A DNA stretch of 64,000 nucleotides from positions 32,001-96,000 of IMG/VR virus record IMGVR_UViG_3300045988_165550; one strand, given 5' to 3'. This DNA is from a virus. The first letter of the stretch is position 1. Each line of letters starts with the position of its first letter. The notes beneath the pieces were generated by a model, which worked only from the letters and a program-made list of their open reading frames with translations, did not search any database and was not told where the DNA came from. This document shows, piece after piece, positions 52,667 through 62,000 of this stretch. The position numbers were made by a program, and so were the translations under genes.

Positions 52667-55573
52667 ATGAACTCACATCTCTCTATATTAATCAATGATA
52701 AGCCTGTGGCGCTCCCCGATGATTTCTCTATAGATATAGAGGATCAGAACCCGGTATTCAACGATACGGAAATGTTCTCCTATCCCTTCTCTATCCCGCT
52801 AGACGGCAACCGCTGGCTAGTAAAGAACATCGAAGACGTTCACGCTGCTATGAAAGCCGTGAACATGGAGCACCTGCCTGTCAGAATCAATGCCGACGGA
52901 TTGCCATTCCGCAGCGGTACCCTGGTTATGCAGGATGGTGAAGAGATAACCAATTCTCTCTCTATGAGCATCGATGCCAGCACGCAGAGTTTCAGCGAAC
53001 TTATCAGCGACCTGCAATGCCGTGATATTCCGGTAAAGGACCAGCTTATCATCGGTGAGAAAATTGGTAATGTGAGGGTGGATATTTGGAGTAACCCGGT
53101 AGTAAAAGTCAACCTCCATTCCGATGGTAAGAAAGGTGGAAAGAATGCCACCGCCACCGTTACGACCGACCCATTGAGAGCTAGTAAGGTGCTGGAACCA
53201 CAGGCACTCGGTTTCTCCTATCCCGCAAGCTGCAAGGAATATACCTCTACTGATACGGCACACTATATCGGCGATGCCTACAACAAGAGTAAGAAATCTT
53301 ATTCTTCTGGTGCGATAACAATCAATGTACCGCAAGAGACTGCCAACGGCAACTATATTAATACCTCGGCAGCCTATGACGAGACGGATGGCGCTGGCAG
53401 ACCTGCTACCTACTGCAATGCCCGAATCTGTTACAAGCATCATGCCCTGGATGATGAAGGGAATACATCGAGTGACCTCATCAAAATGGATAAGTGCTCA
53501 TGGACGAATGAAGACCTCTATCCTTACTGGGTGTTGGATGCCAAACGTCCGCAATCGGGCATCTGCTTCTATGTACTCTATTTCCTCGACTGCCTCTTTA
53601 CCTATTTGGGTGTCACCTTCGATAAGGATGCGCTGATGGAGATAGAAGACTTGAAGCATCTCTGTTTTTTCACTACCGTTTGCAGTTATGATACCCTCGA
53701 GCATCCACACCACGGTAGTTATTACACTGCGAGTGAAATTCAGAAAGCAAAGGACATCGTGAATAAAGAGGGCTACGTAAAAGGCTCGAATCCTGAGATG
53801 GAAATCGTGGCTGCTAAATCCGTAGGCGAAATCAAGACGGGCTTCTTTAAGGATCAGAAGCATATCAATTCCTGGTTGGAGAGCCGTGGCTGCGGCGGTC
53901 AGATTGAAATCACCAAGGCAGAAGATAAGGACGTGCAGGAACTCGACCTTACGCTGACTGAAAACGGTGTGGCTACCACCCGCCATATCCAGGTGGGCGA
54001 GGTAGTTGCTTTTCCTCCTGGCAAGGGAATGAAAGTAACAGGTATCACCATCGAATCGAATATCAAGAAGTTTGAGGTGCAGGCAAACGTGCTCTATATG
54101 GTTGCCAACAGCGAGAATTTCCCTGACGAGAGCGTGAGCACTGTCATCTCTTCTCTAGAAAACGCATTCGGTATCAAGTTCTCCTACGATTACGAGCAGA
54201 AGAAGGTCACGGCTTATCTCACTCGCGACGTGATGCGAAAGAGCGGCAGAAAGACTAGGGATTTCCACTGCGAAATCCATTCGATGATTCCGATGACCGA
54301 GAAGATTACTGGTGTGCGTATGCGCTATTCAGCCGAGGAGGATGCTAAGGAACAGAAGAGTTATGTGCGCAACGCCAAAGGCGAATTAAAGGATTCCAGC
54401 TACGATACCGATTACAACTTCATCGACTATCCACTGCCCGATGGCGACACCAGCAAGATGGGTAGAACCGTCACCGATATGAAGTACATTGAGTTCTTCC
54501 ATAACATCCATAACCCTGGTGATAAAAACTGCTACATCGACCGCAACACCGGCAATGCCTATTGTGTAAAGGTCAACAAGGAGGCAAAGACTTCCAACGA
54601 GTTAAAGCCAGTACTCTTCGAGGTAGGTCAGTTCAAGGGTGTGGAATATGGAGATTGCAGTGAGGAGAATGAAGATTTCATACACGATATTTCCATTGAT
54701 TTCACTCCAGTACCTTTCAATGATGTGAATTATTTCAAGGAGGTAAAGGCAGCCTATGGTTCGCATACAGGTGACGTGACTGACTTTGAAGGCAAGCCTT
54801 TGCTAAAAAGTGTAGTGCAGATTACAGAGGCTCAGCAGCCCATCCTCTGCGCTTATGTAGATGAGGATATGGAGCACGAGTTTGTAGAGCAGGAAATCAA
54901 CCAGGTTATCTCCTCTGCCTTCTGCAATTACTATATGAAGCAGAAACTGAAGCTCGTGGAAAGCTACGACCCTTCTGGCACGGATGATGGCAACTCACCG
55001 TTGCAGGATAAATCACGATGGGGCTTTGCCCTGGCATTAATGCGTGGTGGCGGTAGCGATGCCACCCTGCAACCCTACGATTATAACTACGACCATTTCG
55101 GCACGTCAAAATGGCGAACCAATGCGGGACAGTATGCCCTGGCTTGCGACTCGCTGGATATGATGGGCAATGTGTTTGATTATAATGGTGTGCAGGAAGG
55201 TGTAGGCACCGGCGAACGTTTCTCGCTGAAGATACGTGCTTTCAAGGAACCATCGTGGCTGAAAGATCCGAAGTATAAGGATTTGGTACTCTGCAATGCC
55301 GATGAAGTAGATGAGAACGGCAAGGTGGTGACTAAAATCCGCTCCCGTGGCTTATTTGATACCTTCATTCTCCCATACGCCTATTTCCTTCTGAACAGAA
55401 AGAAGTTTATGGTGAGATGTACCACCACCGTAGCGCAAGTGGCCGATATACCGAATCACTGGCAGGATTGGTGGAATATAGGTGGCATGAAATGCCTCAT
55501 AGACAAGGTGAATACTACCATTGATGCCAAGACAGGCATGGGCGAAGTAGAGTTAACGGTATACGCTTTATAA
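52667..55573 (+). CDS. Large tail or baseplate protein (968 aa)
   Basis: Called on size and its position ahead of the fibre-like genes. I recognise no motif. Confidence 0.5.
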   Translation: MNSHLSILINDKPVALPDDFSIDIEDQNPVFNDTEMFSYPFSIPLDGNRWLVKNIEDVHAAMKAVNMEHLPVRINADGLPFRSGTLVMQDGEEITNSLSMSIDASTQSFSELISDLQCRDIPVKDQLIIGEKIGNVRVDIWSNPVVKVNLHSDGKKGGKNATATVTTDPLRASKVLEPQALGFSYPASCKEYTSTDTAHYIGDAYNKSKKSYSSGAITINVPQETANGNYINTSAAYDETDGAGRPATYCNARICYKHHALDDEGNTSSDLIKMDKCSWTNEDLYPYWVLDAKRPQSGICFYVLYFLDCLFTYLGVTFDKDALMEIEDLKHLCFFTTVCSYDTLEHPHHGSYYTASEIQKAKDIVNKEGYVKGSNPEMEIVAAKSVGEIKTGFFKDQKHINSWLESRGCGGQIEITKAEDKDVQELDLTLTENGVATTRHIQVGEVVAFPPGKGMKVTGITIESNIKKFEVQANVLYMVANSENFPDESVSTVISSLENAFGIKFSYDYEQKKVTAYLTRDVMRKSGRKTRDFHCEIHSMIPMTEKITGVRMRYSAEEDAKEQKSYVRNAKGELKDSSYDTDYNFIDYPLPDGDTSKMGRTVTDMKYIEFFHNIHNPGDKNCYIDRNTGNAYCVKVNKEAKTSNELKPVLFEVGQFKGVEYGDCSEENEDFIHDISIDFTPVPFNDVNYFKEVKAAYGSHTGDVTDFEGKPLLKSVVQITEAQQPILCAYVDEDMEHEFVEQEINQVISSAFCNYYMKQKLKLVESYDPSGTDDGNSPLQDKSRWGFALALMRGGGSDATLQPYDYNYDHFGTSKWRTNAGQYALACDSLDMMGNVFDYNGVQEGVGTGERFSLKIRAFKEPSWLKDPKYKDLVLCNADEVDENGKVVTKIRSRGLFDTFILPYAYFLLNRKKFMVRCTTTVAQVADIPNHWQDWWNIGGMKCLIDKVNTTIDAKTGMGEVELTVYAL

Positions 55574-55592
55574 CATAAAAAACAAAATAAAA

Positions 55593-56795
55593 ATGGATAG
55601 AAAAATATTGATTACCGGAACCGGTATCATTTCTGCCATGGGCAGAAATACCAGAGAAGTAGCCATGAACCTTTATAAAGGTAAATGCGGGTTGCATCAT
55701 AATGAATGCCGTGATAGCTATATCTCCGATTTATGTGGAGATGTTGAAAGCTGGGAAGTAGATTATGAGAAAATCCTTACTCATGCGCAATACGAGTGTA
55801 TGCCTCATCATGGTTTCTATGTGCTCGAAGCGGTATTTGAGGCGCTGAAGAAAGCGAAGGTCGGTAAGGAGTTCCTGGAAAAACATAACGTCTCCCTCAT
55901 AGTAAGCAATGATTCTGAGTGCTACGAGAGTAGACATGTAGTAGATCATGTGAACGAGGGCGACAATAATCGTTATTTGCCGGTAACAACCTTGTTTCAC
56001 TCGCTCAATTCTACTATCAGCATGAATCTGGCTACTATCCTCGGTATTCATGGCTTATCACTTACCGTGAGCGCAGCCTGTGCAGGAGGTGGCCACGCCA
56101 TCGGACTGGCAAAGATGTTGCTCGATAGCAAGCAGACTGAAATGGTAATTGTGATTGGTGCGCAGGAATGCGGATCTCAATACTGCATGGAAGCATTCGA
56201 TGCCCTCGGTGTCTTCTCACCCGATAAGGTGCAGCCATTCGGCAAAGGCAGAAACGGATTGGCACCATCGGGAGGTGCAGCCTGCATCGTCCTCGAACCC
56301 TCGGATAGTCTTCGTCTGAAAGAAGAGAAGGTGCCTTCCTTCGCTTCCCTTTCCGGCTATGGTTTCTCTACCAATGGAAAAGCTATCACTACCCCTGATA
56401 GCTATCAGGAGGAGGTATCTATGGTGAAAGCTATCGAGAACGCAGGATTGGACGAAGGCATGATAGATGTAGTTCTTGCCCATGCTACCGGTACCCCGAT
56501 GGGCGATGAAGCCGAGGCAAAGGCAATAGAGGGGATTTTCCCTATCTGCCCGAACGTAGTAGCTACAAAGGGCATGACAGGCCACGAGTGTTGGATGGCA
56601 GGTGTATCGCAAGCCGTACAAGCTACCATCATGCTTACCTATGGCCGTCTGCTCCATGCAGCCACCACCGAGGAGAACGCCTTCCCTCATCTTAACCTGG
56701 TGATGCGCCCTAAGTATTACGATCCTCATCATATTCTCTGTAATGCCTTCGGCTTTGGTGGTACCAATTCATCCTTTATCATCTCAAAAGCATAG
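55593..56795 (+). CDS. Beta-ketoacyl-ACP synthase, KAS I/II (FabF/FabB-like, Cys-His-His type)
   Basis: N-terminus KILITGTGIISAMG. Active-site Cys in LTVSAACAGGGHAIG. His motifs are VLAHATGTPMGDEAE and ATKGMTGHECWMAGV. C-terminus is NAFGFGGTNSSFIISK. Confidence 0.9.
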   Translation: MDRKILITGTGIISAMGRNTREVAMNLYKGKCGLHHNECRDSYISDLCGDVESWEVDYEKILTHAQYECMPHHGFYVLEAVFEALKKAKVGKEFLEKHNVSLIVSNDSECYESRHVVDHVNEGDNNRYLPVTTLFHSLNSTISMNLATILGIHGLSLTVSAACAGGGHAIGLAKMLLDSKQTEMVIVIGAQECGSQYCMEAFDALGVFSPDKVQPFGKGRNGLAPSGGAACIVLEPSDSLRLKEEKVPSFASLSGYGFSTNGKAITTPDSYQEEVSMVKAIENAGLDEGMIDVVLAHATGTPMGDEAEAKAIEGIFPICPNVVATKGMTGHECWMAGVSQAVQATIMLTYGRLLHAATTEENAFPHLNLVMRPKYYDPHHILCNAFGFGGTNSSFIISKA

Positions 56796-56797
56796 TT

Positions 56798-57043
56798 ATG
56801 AAAAAAGAAGAAATAACCTCTCGCATTATCACCATCGTGAACAGCCTGAAAACATCGTGGGTAAAACACGAAGTAACCCCTGACTCTAATCTCCGTGACG
56901 AGGTAGAACTGGAGTCTATTGACTTTCTCGATATGATCCAGCAGGTGGAAATGATGTTCCACATTAAAATCACCCCCGAAGAAGCGAAAGATTGTAAGCT
57001 CGTTTCCGATGTAGTCAATCTCGTAATTAAAAAGAAAGAATAA
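56798..57043 (+). CDS. Acyl carrier protein
   Basis: 81 aa. EVELESIDFLDMIQQVEMMFHIKITPEEAKDCKLVSDVVNLV matches the ACP helix II Ser-attachment motif (D/E-S-L/I-D) and overall pattern. It starts 2 nt after the KAS stop. Confidence 0.85.
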   Translation: MKKEEITSRIITIVNSLKTSWVKHEVTPDSNLRDEVELESIDFLDMIQQVEMMFHIKITPEEAKDCKLVSDVVNLVIKKKE

Positions 57044-57044
57044 T

Positions 57045-58103
57045 ATGGCACAGAAAATCACTCTCACATCGGGTTCCGTCTTTGCCGGAAATCCGATAAC
57101 TCTCGCTATTCAGCCTAATACGCTGACCTCGAAGCCTTCCTTCCATCGGGTTATCGTAGAAGTGTATTTTGACGATGGTACGGGCAGTTATGAAACTAAT
57201 AAACTCACCATCCCCGTTACCACAGAAAAAAGAGAAGTATCGCTAGATATCTCCTCTGCTCTCCGCATTTCGCTGGATAGTTACAAGTATACTGCCACCC
57301 CGTCCACCTACCCCGTGGTAAGCTGGTATGTAAAAGCCTACGATGAGTACATGGATAGCAACGGCGAAGTGCATACCAATGCGGGCGAAGTCTATTATCC
57401 TGCCGATGGTTCCAAGGATAGTACGAAAAATCTGCGTTGCATAGCCGGGGCCTTCAGCGATATAGAGCGATTAAAGGCAGGTGCGACCCAGTCAGTAACT
57501 CTTCTCTCCTGCAAACCTACAGACACCCACGAACTCGCCGTGGTAGGTGAAAGTTTCGTCTATCCCGTCTCCTATTCTGCAGCACAGAATCTCTTGGATA
57601 GCGCAACGCTCGAAGCCCCATCATCCGAGGAAGAGGAAATCACGCAGGAAGGTGCGCAAAGCATTCACGGACACCCCATCTATGCCCTGTCAGCCTCTGA
57701 AGCTGAAGACCGCACCACCTTCCGTTTCATTAACCGCTTCGGTTGTTTGGAGAGTATCAGTGTTCCGAAGTCTTATTCTCAGAAGATGAACGTAGAAACT
57801 ACGGAGTATACAAAAGCGATTCAGGAAACCTTTAATGAGTTCTCTCGTTCGGTTGTAGATAAGAAGAACGATAAAGAAGGCTGGCTTTTTCAAAGCGACC
57901 CTTTAACCGAAAAATGGCTGCGATGGTATTATCACGAGTTCTTGATGAGCAAGTACGTGTGGTTAAGGGCAAGCGGTATTTGGCTCCCTTGCACCATTGC
58001 CATGGAAGATGAGATCACCATCAAGGATAACACCAACAAAGTTATGCACTCAGTTTCCTTCACTGCAAAGCTCGGTATCAACGGAAACCCTTGTCCCTAC
58101 TGA
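57045..58103 (+). CDS. Hypothetical tail-module protein, translationally coupled to the ACP gene
   Basis: 352-aa beta-rich ORF. Its ATG is 1 nt after the ACP stop (TAATATG). Confidence 0.7.
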   Translation: MAQKITLTSGSVFAGNPITLAIQPNTLTSKPSFHRVIVEVYFDDGTGSYETNKLTIPVTTEKREVSLDISSALRISLDSYKYTATPSTYPVVSWYVKAYDEYMDSNGEVHTNAGEVYYPADGSKDSTKNLRCIAGAFSDIERLKAGATQSVTLLSCKPTDTHELAVVGESFVYPVSYSAAQNLLDSATLEAPSSEEEEITQEGAQSIHGHPIYALSASEAEDRTTFRFINRFGCLESISVPKSYSQKMNVETTEYTKAIQETFNEFSRSVVDKKNDKEGWLFQSDPLTEKWLRWYYHEFLMSKYVWLRASGIWLPCTIAMEDEITIKDNTNKVMHSVSFTAKLGINGNPCPY

Positions 58104-58118
58104 TAACCAAAAACCCAT

Positions 58119-58126
58119 TATCTTTG
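58119..58126 (+). promoter_or_regulatory. Bacteroidota -7 box
   Basis: TATCTTTG, 31 nt upstream of the ATG at 58157. Confidence 0.55.
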
Positions 58127-58156
58127 CCGTATAATCAATAAAATTCAAAAGAAAGA

Positions 58157-60286
58157 ATGGCAACAGAAGCAAAGACCACGAATTATTGGATTTCGAGCAC
58201 AGCCCTCTATATTCAGCTCAATGCGATGGGAGAACCCGACTACACGCAGTGCAGCGTGGCATCGGGGGCTTCCATCCTTTGCTACATGCAGGGCGTTAAG
58301 GGCTTGGAATACGACGCAGGGCACAACTACCAGCGGTGGCCGCTTGTAGCCTACCCTTCCATCTTCCCCGATAGCGAGAAGAAATATGTGTATGCAGCGA
58401 TACCCCGCAAACGCCTCTCGGATAACGACCAGGCTACCATCGTGTTTCCTAGTCAGCGTATTGACCTCTACGGAAAAGCCATTCTTACTACCCAAGGCGA
58501 AGATGGCTCAACAATAGAAACCGAAGGTGAGCAGATAGGTAATGAGCAGTTTTATTATATCTTCCTGCAAGGTATTATTTCGGAGGTAAAAACTGATAGC
58601 GACGGCAAAACTAGGATGCGAGAATGGCAGCAGCATGTAGACTGCGGCAGTCTTGCCACCGATGAAGCCCTGGCAAGCGGTGGAGAAGGTCAATGGTGGA
58701 AGTATAATAGCGTGAGCGATACCGTCACCTTCCTCAAGACCATTCAGAAGGCGGATTTCGAGGCACTGGCTGCCCAATCGGCTACCATCAACAAACTTAT
58801 CCTCGGCAAAAGCGAACTCACGGGCATAGCTACTGCCGAAACGCTAGAAAATAGCAACGACAAGGTGGTAACTCCTGTATACCTAGGCTTGTTTGGAGAA
58901 AGGCATTTCTTGTCGAAAGACAAAGATGATGTTGCTCATGGAACCATTACCTTTGAGAAGATACAGAAGTTTCTCGATGGTTTGATTGCTCAAAAAGAAT
59001 CAGGCTTTAAAGGTGGAGCCACTTTTGGAGAGTTTATTGAAGGCATTCTGTTCGGTACGGGTGCCCGAGTTGATTCCCTCGGAAATGCCGAGTTTGAAAG
59101 CATTACGTCCCGAAGCTCCATCATCGCCAAGGAACTTATCGTGAACCGACAGACTGCGATGGAGAGCAACTTTGTCTTTACGGAAAGCGGATTGGTGGAG
59201 AAGGTAACTGAGCATGCACCGGAAAGCGAAGGTGGCAATACAACTTACACACTCCAGCTCCAGAAGCGATGGGAGAACGATTTCACGGCATTCAAGGAGA
59301 ATGATGTGATATTAGCTTCTATCAATACGCTGCTGCAGGATGGCAAGTATTACGATATGTGGTTACGGGTACTTAGCGTGAATACGGTGAAGAATACCAT
59401 CGATGTGGTTTGTTATCCGAACAATGAGGTCCCTAGCAAGAAAAACTATCCTCCCTGCGAGCTCGCAAGACTGATCCGATGGGGTAATGCTACAGACAGG
59501 GACCGACAGAGTTGTTGGTATATTTCATCGTCCGAGGGCTTACTCGTCTGGCTCGACCACGTTACCAAGCCAATCATCGATAAGAGTAATTATTCCGTAG
59601 CTATCGGCAAGCTTCCCGATGCACTGTCGTTTATCTTTGCTGATTATCCTCTTGCCGACAAGCGCGACGGAGCTTTCTATGCCAAATATCTCGCCGTGCA
59701 GAACATTCTCCAAACCGACTACGAGGGCAATGTAAAGCAAAATGTGGTGGATAGGGGGAAATGGTCGCTGGAAACCGCCCAAGGCAACAATCCTTATCGG
59801 AGTACGAATACTGAGGTGCATGACGTATGGCACTACGGATGCCGATGGCGATGCTTGGTTGACAAGACCACGGATGAACCTAGATACGCCAGTACAGGAT
59901 GGGCGTTCGTGGAAGGCAACCCTGAGTTCTCTATTGACATATCATCTTCCAATGGCTTCCGTTTCTCGAAGAATTATATCTTCGGTTGCAGGGATGATCT
60001 TGGAGAATTGCGACCTTTTACTATCATCACGATAAGAGGTATTCTCTACAACAATGATGTGACGGAGCATTTAACCAATGTTGTATGGACCCGAGATACC
60101 GGCAATCCGACGGAAGATAACAGATGGGCGCAGCAGGTAGCGCAGCGTAAAGATCAGATTCATTTGCCACTCACGGGTAGCGACCTGGGCGACAACTGGG
60201 GCACCAACAATCCCTGCGTCTTTAAATGCTCGGCAGAAATCAAGGATGGAGAAGTTTTAACCTCAGAATACGAAATAGAATTTTAA
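58157..60286 (+). CDS. Tail fibre or spike-like protein (709 aa)
   Basis: Called on size and position in the distal tail module. Confidence 0.55.
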   Translation: MATEAKTTNYWISSTALYIQLNAMGEPDYTQCSVASGASILCYMQGVKGLEYDAGHNYQRWPLVAYPSIFPDSEKKYVYAAIPRKRLSDNDQATIVFPSQRIDLYGKAILTTQGEDGSTIETEGEQIGNEQFYYIFLQGIISEVKTDSDGKTRMREWQQHVDCGSLATDEALASGGEGQWWKYNSVSDTVTFLKTIQKADFEALAAQSATINKLILGKSELTGIATAETLENSNDKVVTPVYLGLFGERHFLSKDKDDVAHGTITFEKIQKFLDGLIAQKESGFKGGATFGEFIEGILFGTGARVDSLGNAEFESITSRSSIIAKELIVNRQTAMESNFVFTESGLVEKVTEHAPESEGGNTTYTLQLQKRWENDFTAFKENDVILASINTLLQDGKYYDMWLRVLSVNTVKNTIDVVCYPNNEVPSKKNYPPCELARLIRWGNATDRDRQSCWYISSSEGLLVWLDHVTKPIIDKSNYSVAIGKLPDALSFIFADYPLADKRDGAFYAKYLAVQNILQTDYEGNVKQNVVDRGKWSLETAQGNNPYRSTNTEVHDVWHYGCRWRCLVDKTTDEPRYASTGWAFVEGNPEFSIDISSSNGFRFSKNYIFGCRDDLGELRPFTIITIRGILYNNDVTEHLTNVVWTRDTGNPTEDNRWAQQVAQRKDQIHLPLTGSDLGDNWGTNNPCVFKCSAEIKDGEVLTSEYEIEF

Positions 60287-60297
60287 TTTTTTTAATT

Positions 60298-61482
60298 ATG
60301 GCTTTAGCAAGAAGTAACAGAAAGAAAATGGAGAAAGCTCCTGTCATTTACTCAATGCTCTGCAATATCGAAGTAATGGCAGATGGTTACACTCCTACTA
60401 CGCAGAATTACGATGCGGTCAGCGGAATCTTTTTTCCTGATTATTCGGCTTCGCCACTCAACCTTTTTCCTCGCTGCGTCTTGATTGATCCGGATTCGCC
60501 CGTAGCTTCCAAGACCTACAACAGTATGCTGAAATCGTTTGAGTGGTTTGAGGTGACGAAAAACGGAACGGTTTCCATCTATTCCAAGGGCGGTACGGTG
60601 GCTAGTGGCTACCAAGTGATTGCATCCGGCGACTACACGGGTCAGCTCGTCGTCAAGAAAAACGGTAAGGTAGGCGAACCGAGAGCTTTGCGATTCGTAG
60701 GTATCTACGAGGAGGACGGTTACACCTACAAATTCGACCGAAGTATTCCTCTTATCACGAATGATGTGACTCCGGCAGGTTCCGAACTGATGATTGATTC
60801 ACCTGCGGCACTCGCCTACAACCCTCTCCGTATGCCCGAGCAGCAAACCATCAACGTAACCGTTATCAAGGGTACCACGGATATAACGAACGACGAGCGA
60901 TGCAAGTTGATGTGGTATCGACGTGACGCAAGGGGGACGGAAACGCCGCTCACCGCCAACGCCGATTATGATAATATCGAGGTGGTTTCCGCCGTGAAGA
61001 GCAAAAACGGCAGTATCACATCGCTGGTTATCGACCGTGAACTGATTGGTGAAGGACAGACCTACGTAGTTTACGCCATGTTCCGGGCTGATAAGAAGTT
61101 CCCTAGCTCGCCCGAGCCTTCCGATTCACGAGCCTATACCACCATCAAGCGCCAGTTTCCGCCCCTTACGTGCATCATCCGTGGCGATGGTCTCCGTTCT
61201 ACGACGGATGCCAACTGCGTGAAGGCGATCGTAAGCGACAACCAGGGTGTACTCGACAACTGGAACAGATACCTTTACGCTTCATGGAAGGTGTCAGACG
61301 GAACCACGGAGATAGAAAGAGCACGCGGCGAAGAGGTGATGCTGCCTGCTGAATACGGCAAGGATTTCTTTTGCGATATTGAAGATAGAGGGACCAACAA
61401 GGTAATGGTTTCCGATACGGGTGAATGGCTTACCGATACCGATGGCAGCGTTATCATCACAAGAGATTACGAGGGTGATTGA
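60298..61482 (+). CDS. Tail-fibre-module protein
   Basis: Start trimmed to ATTATGG at 60298, just after the previous stop. The track start at 60226 would overlap by 61 nt. Confidence 0.6.
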   Translation: MALARSNRKKMEKAPVIYSMLCNIEVMADGYTPTTQNYDAVSGIFFPDYSASPLNLFPRCVLIDPDSPVASKTYNSMLKSFEWFEVTKNGTVSIYSKGGTVASGYQVIASGDYTGQLVVKKNGKVGEPRALRFVGIYEEDGYTYKFDRSIPLITNDVTPAGSELMIDSPAALAYNPLRMPEQQTINVTVIKGTTDITNDERCKLMWYRRDARGTETPLTANADYDNIEVVSAVKSKNGSITSLVIDRELIGEGQTYVVYAMFRADKKFPSSPEPSDSRAYTTIKRQFPPLTCIIRGDGLRSTTDANCVKAIVSDNQGVLDNWNRYLYASWKVSDGTTEIERARGEEVMLPAEYGKDFFCDIEDRGTNKVMVSDTGEWLTDTDGSVIITRDYEGD

Positions 61483-61532
61483 TACCTCGATATTTTTAAT
61501 ATTTAGTATTTAATGCTTAAAAGATACATATT

Positions 61533-62000
61533 ATGCCTTATTATGTTAAAGTAACAAAGAAGGTGAGAGAGGCATTGTTGCCTGCTTACCTGGTAGTGCA
61601 GAGAACCTTCGATGGTAATTATCTGCTTTTTCAGTCTGCTCTCTCTAAGGTAGAGGGTAATACACTCTCCGAAAGATGTGCCGCTGTGGGCGGTTCGCTG
61701 ATTACTCCTCTAGAGGTGGCTGGCGAGGTGAACGGCACAAGCTGCGCATCCTGCTACACCCCGAAGGAATATGGCGGAGACGAGGACGAGGACACTACTG
61801 AGGATTTCCGCCCAGGAGAGAACATTGAAGTCCTTCAGCCGGGAGAGAATGTTGAAGTTCCTCAGCCGGGAGAAAATTCTGAATCTCCAAAACCTGAGAA
61901 GAATACTGAAACCCCTACCCCATCGGAGACTGAAGCAGAGAAGAAAACAGAGTCAGAAACAGATAAAAAAGAAAGTGAGGTAACAGATGAGCAAAAGTAG
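61533..62000 (+). CDS. Small protein with an acidic repetitive C-terminus
   Basis: 155-aa ORF with four 9-aa repeats PGEN(I/V)EV.Q. Confidence 0.6.
   Translation: MPYYVKVTKKVREALLPAYLVVQRTFDGNYLLFQSALSKVEGNTLSERCAAVGGSLITPLEVAGEVNGTSCASCYTPKEYGGDEDEDTTEDFRPGENIEVLQPGENVEVPQPGENSESPKPEKNTETPTPSETEAEKKTESETDKKESEVTDEQK
61812..61919 (+). repeat. Four tandem 27-bp coding repeats
   Basis: PGENIEVLQ / PGENVEVPQ / PGENSESPK / PEKNTETPT, in frame with 61533-62000. Confidence 0.85.
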
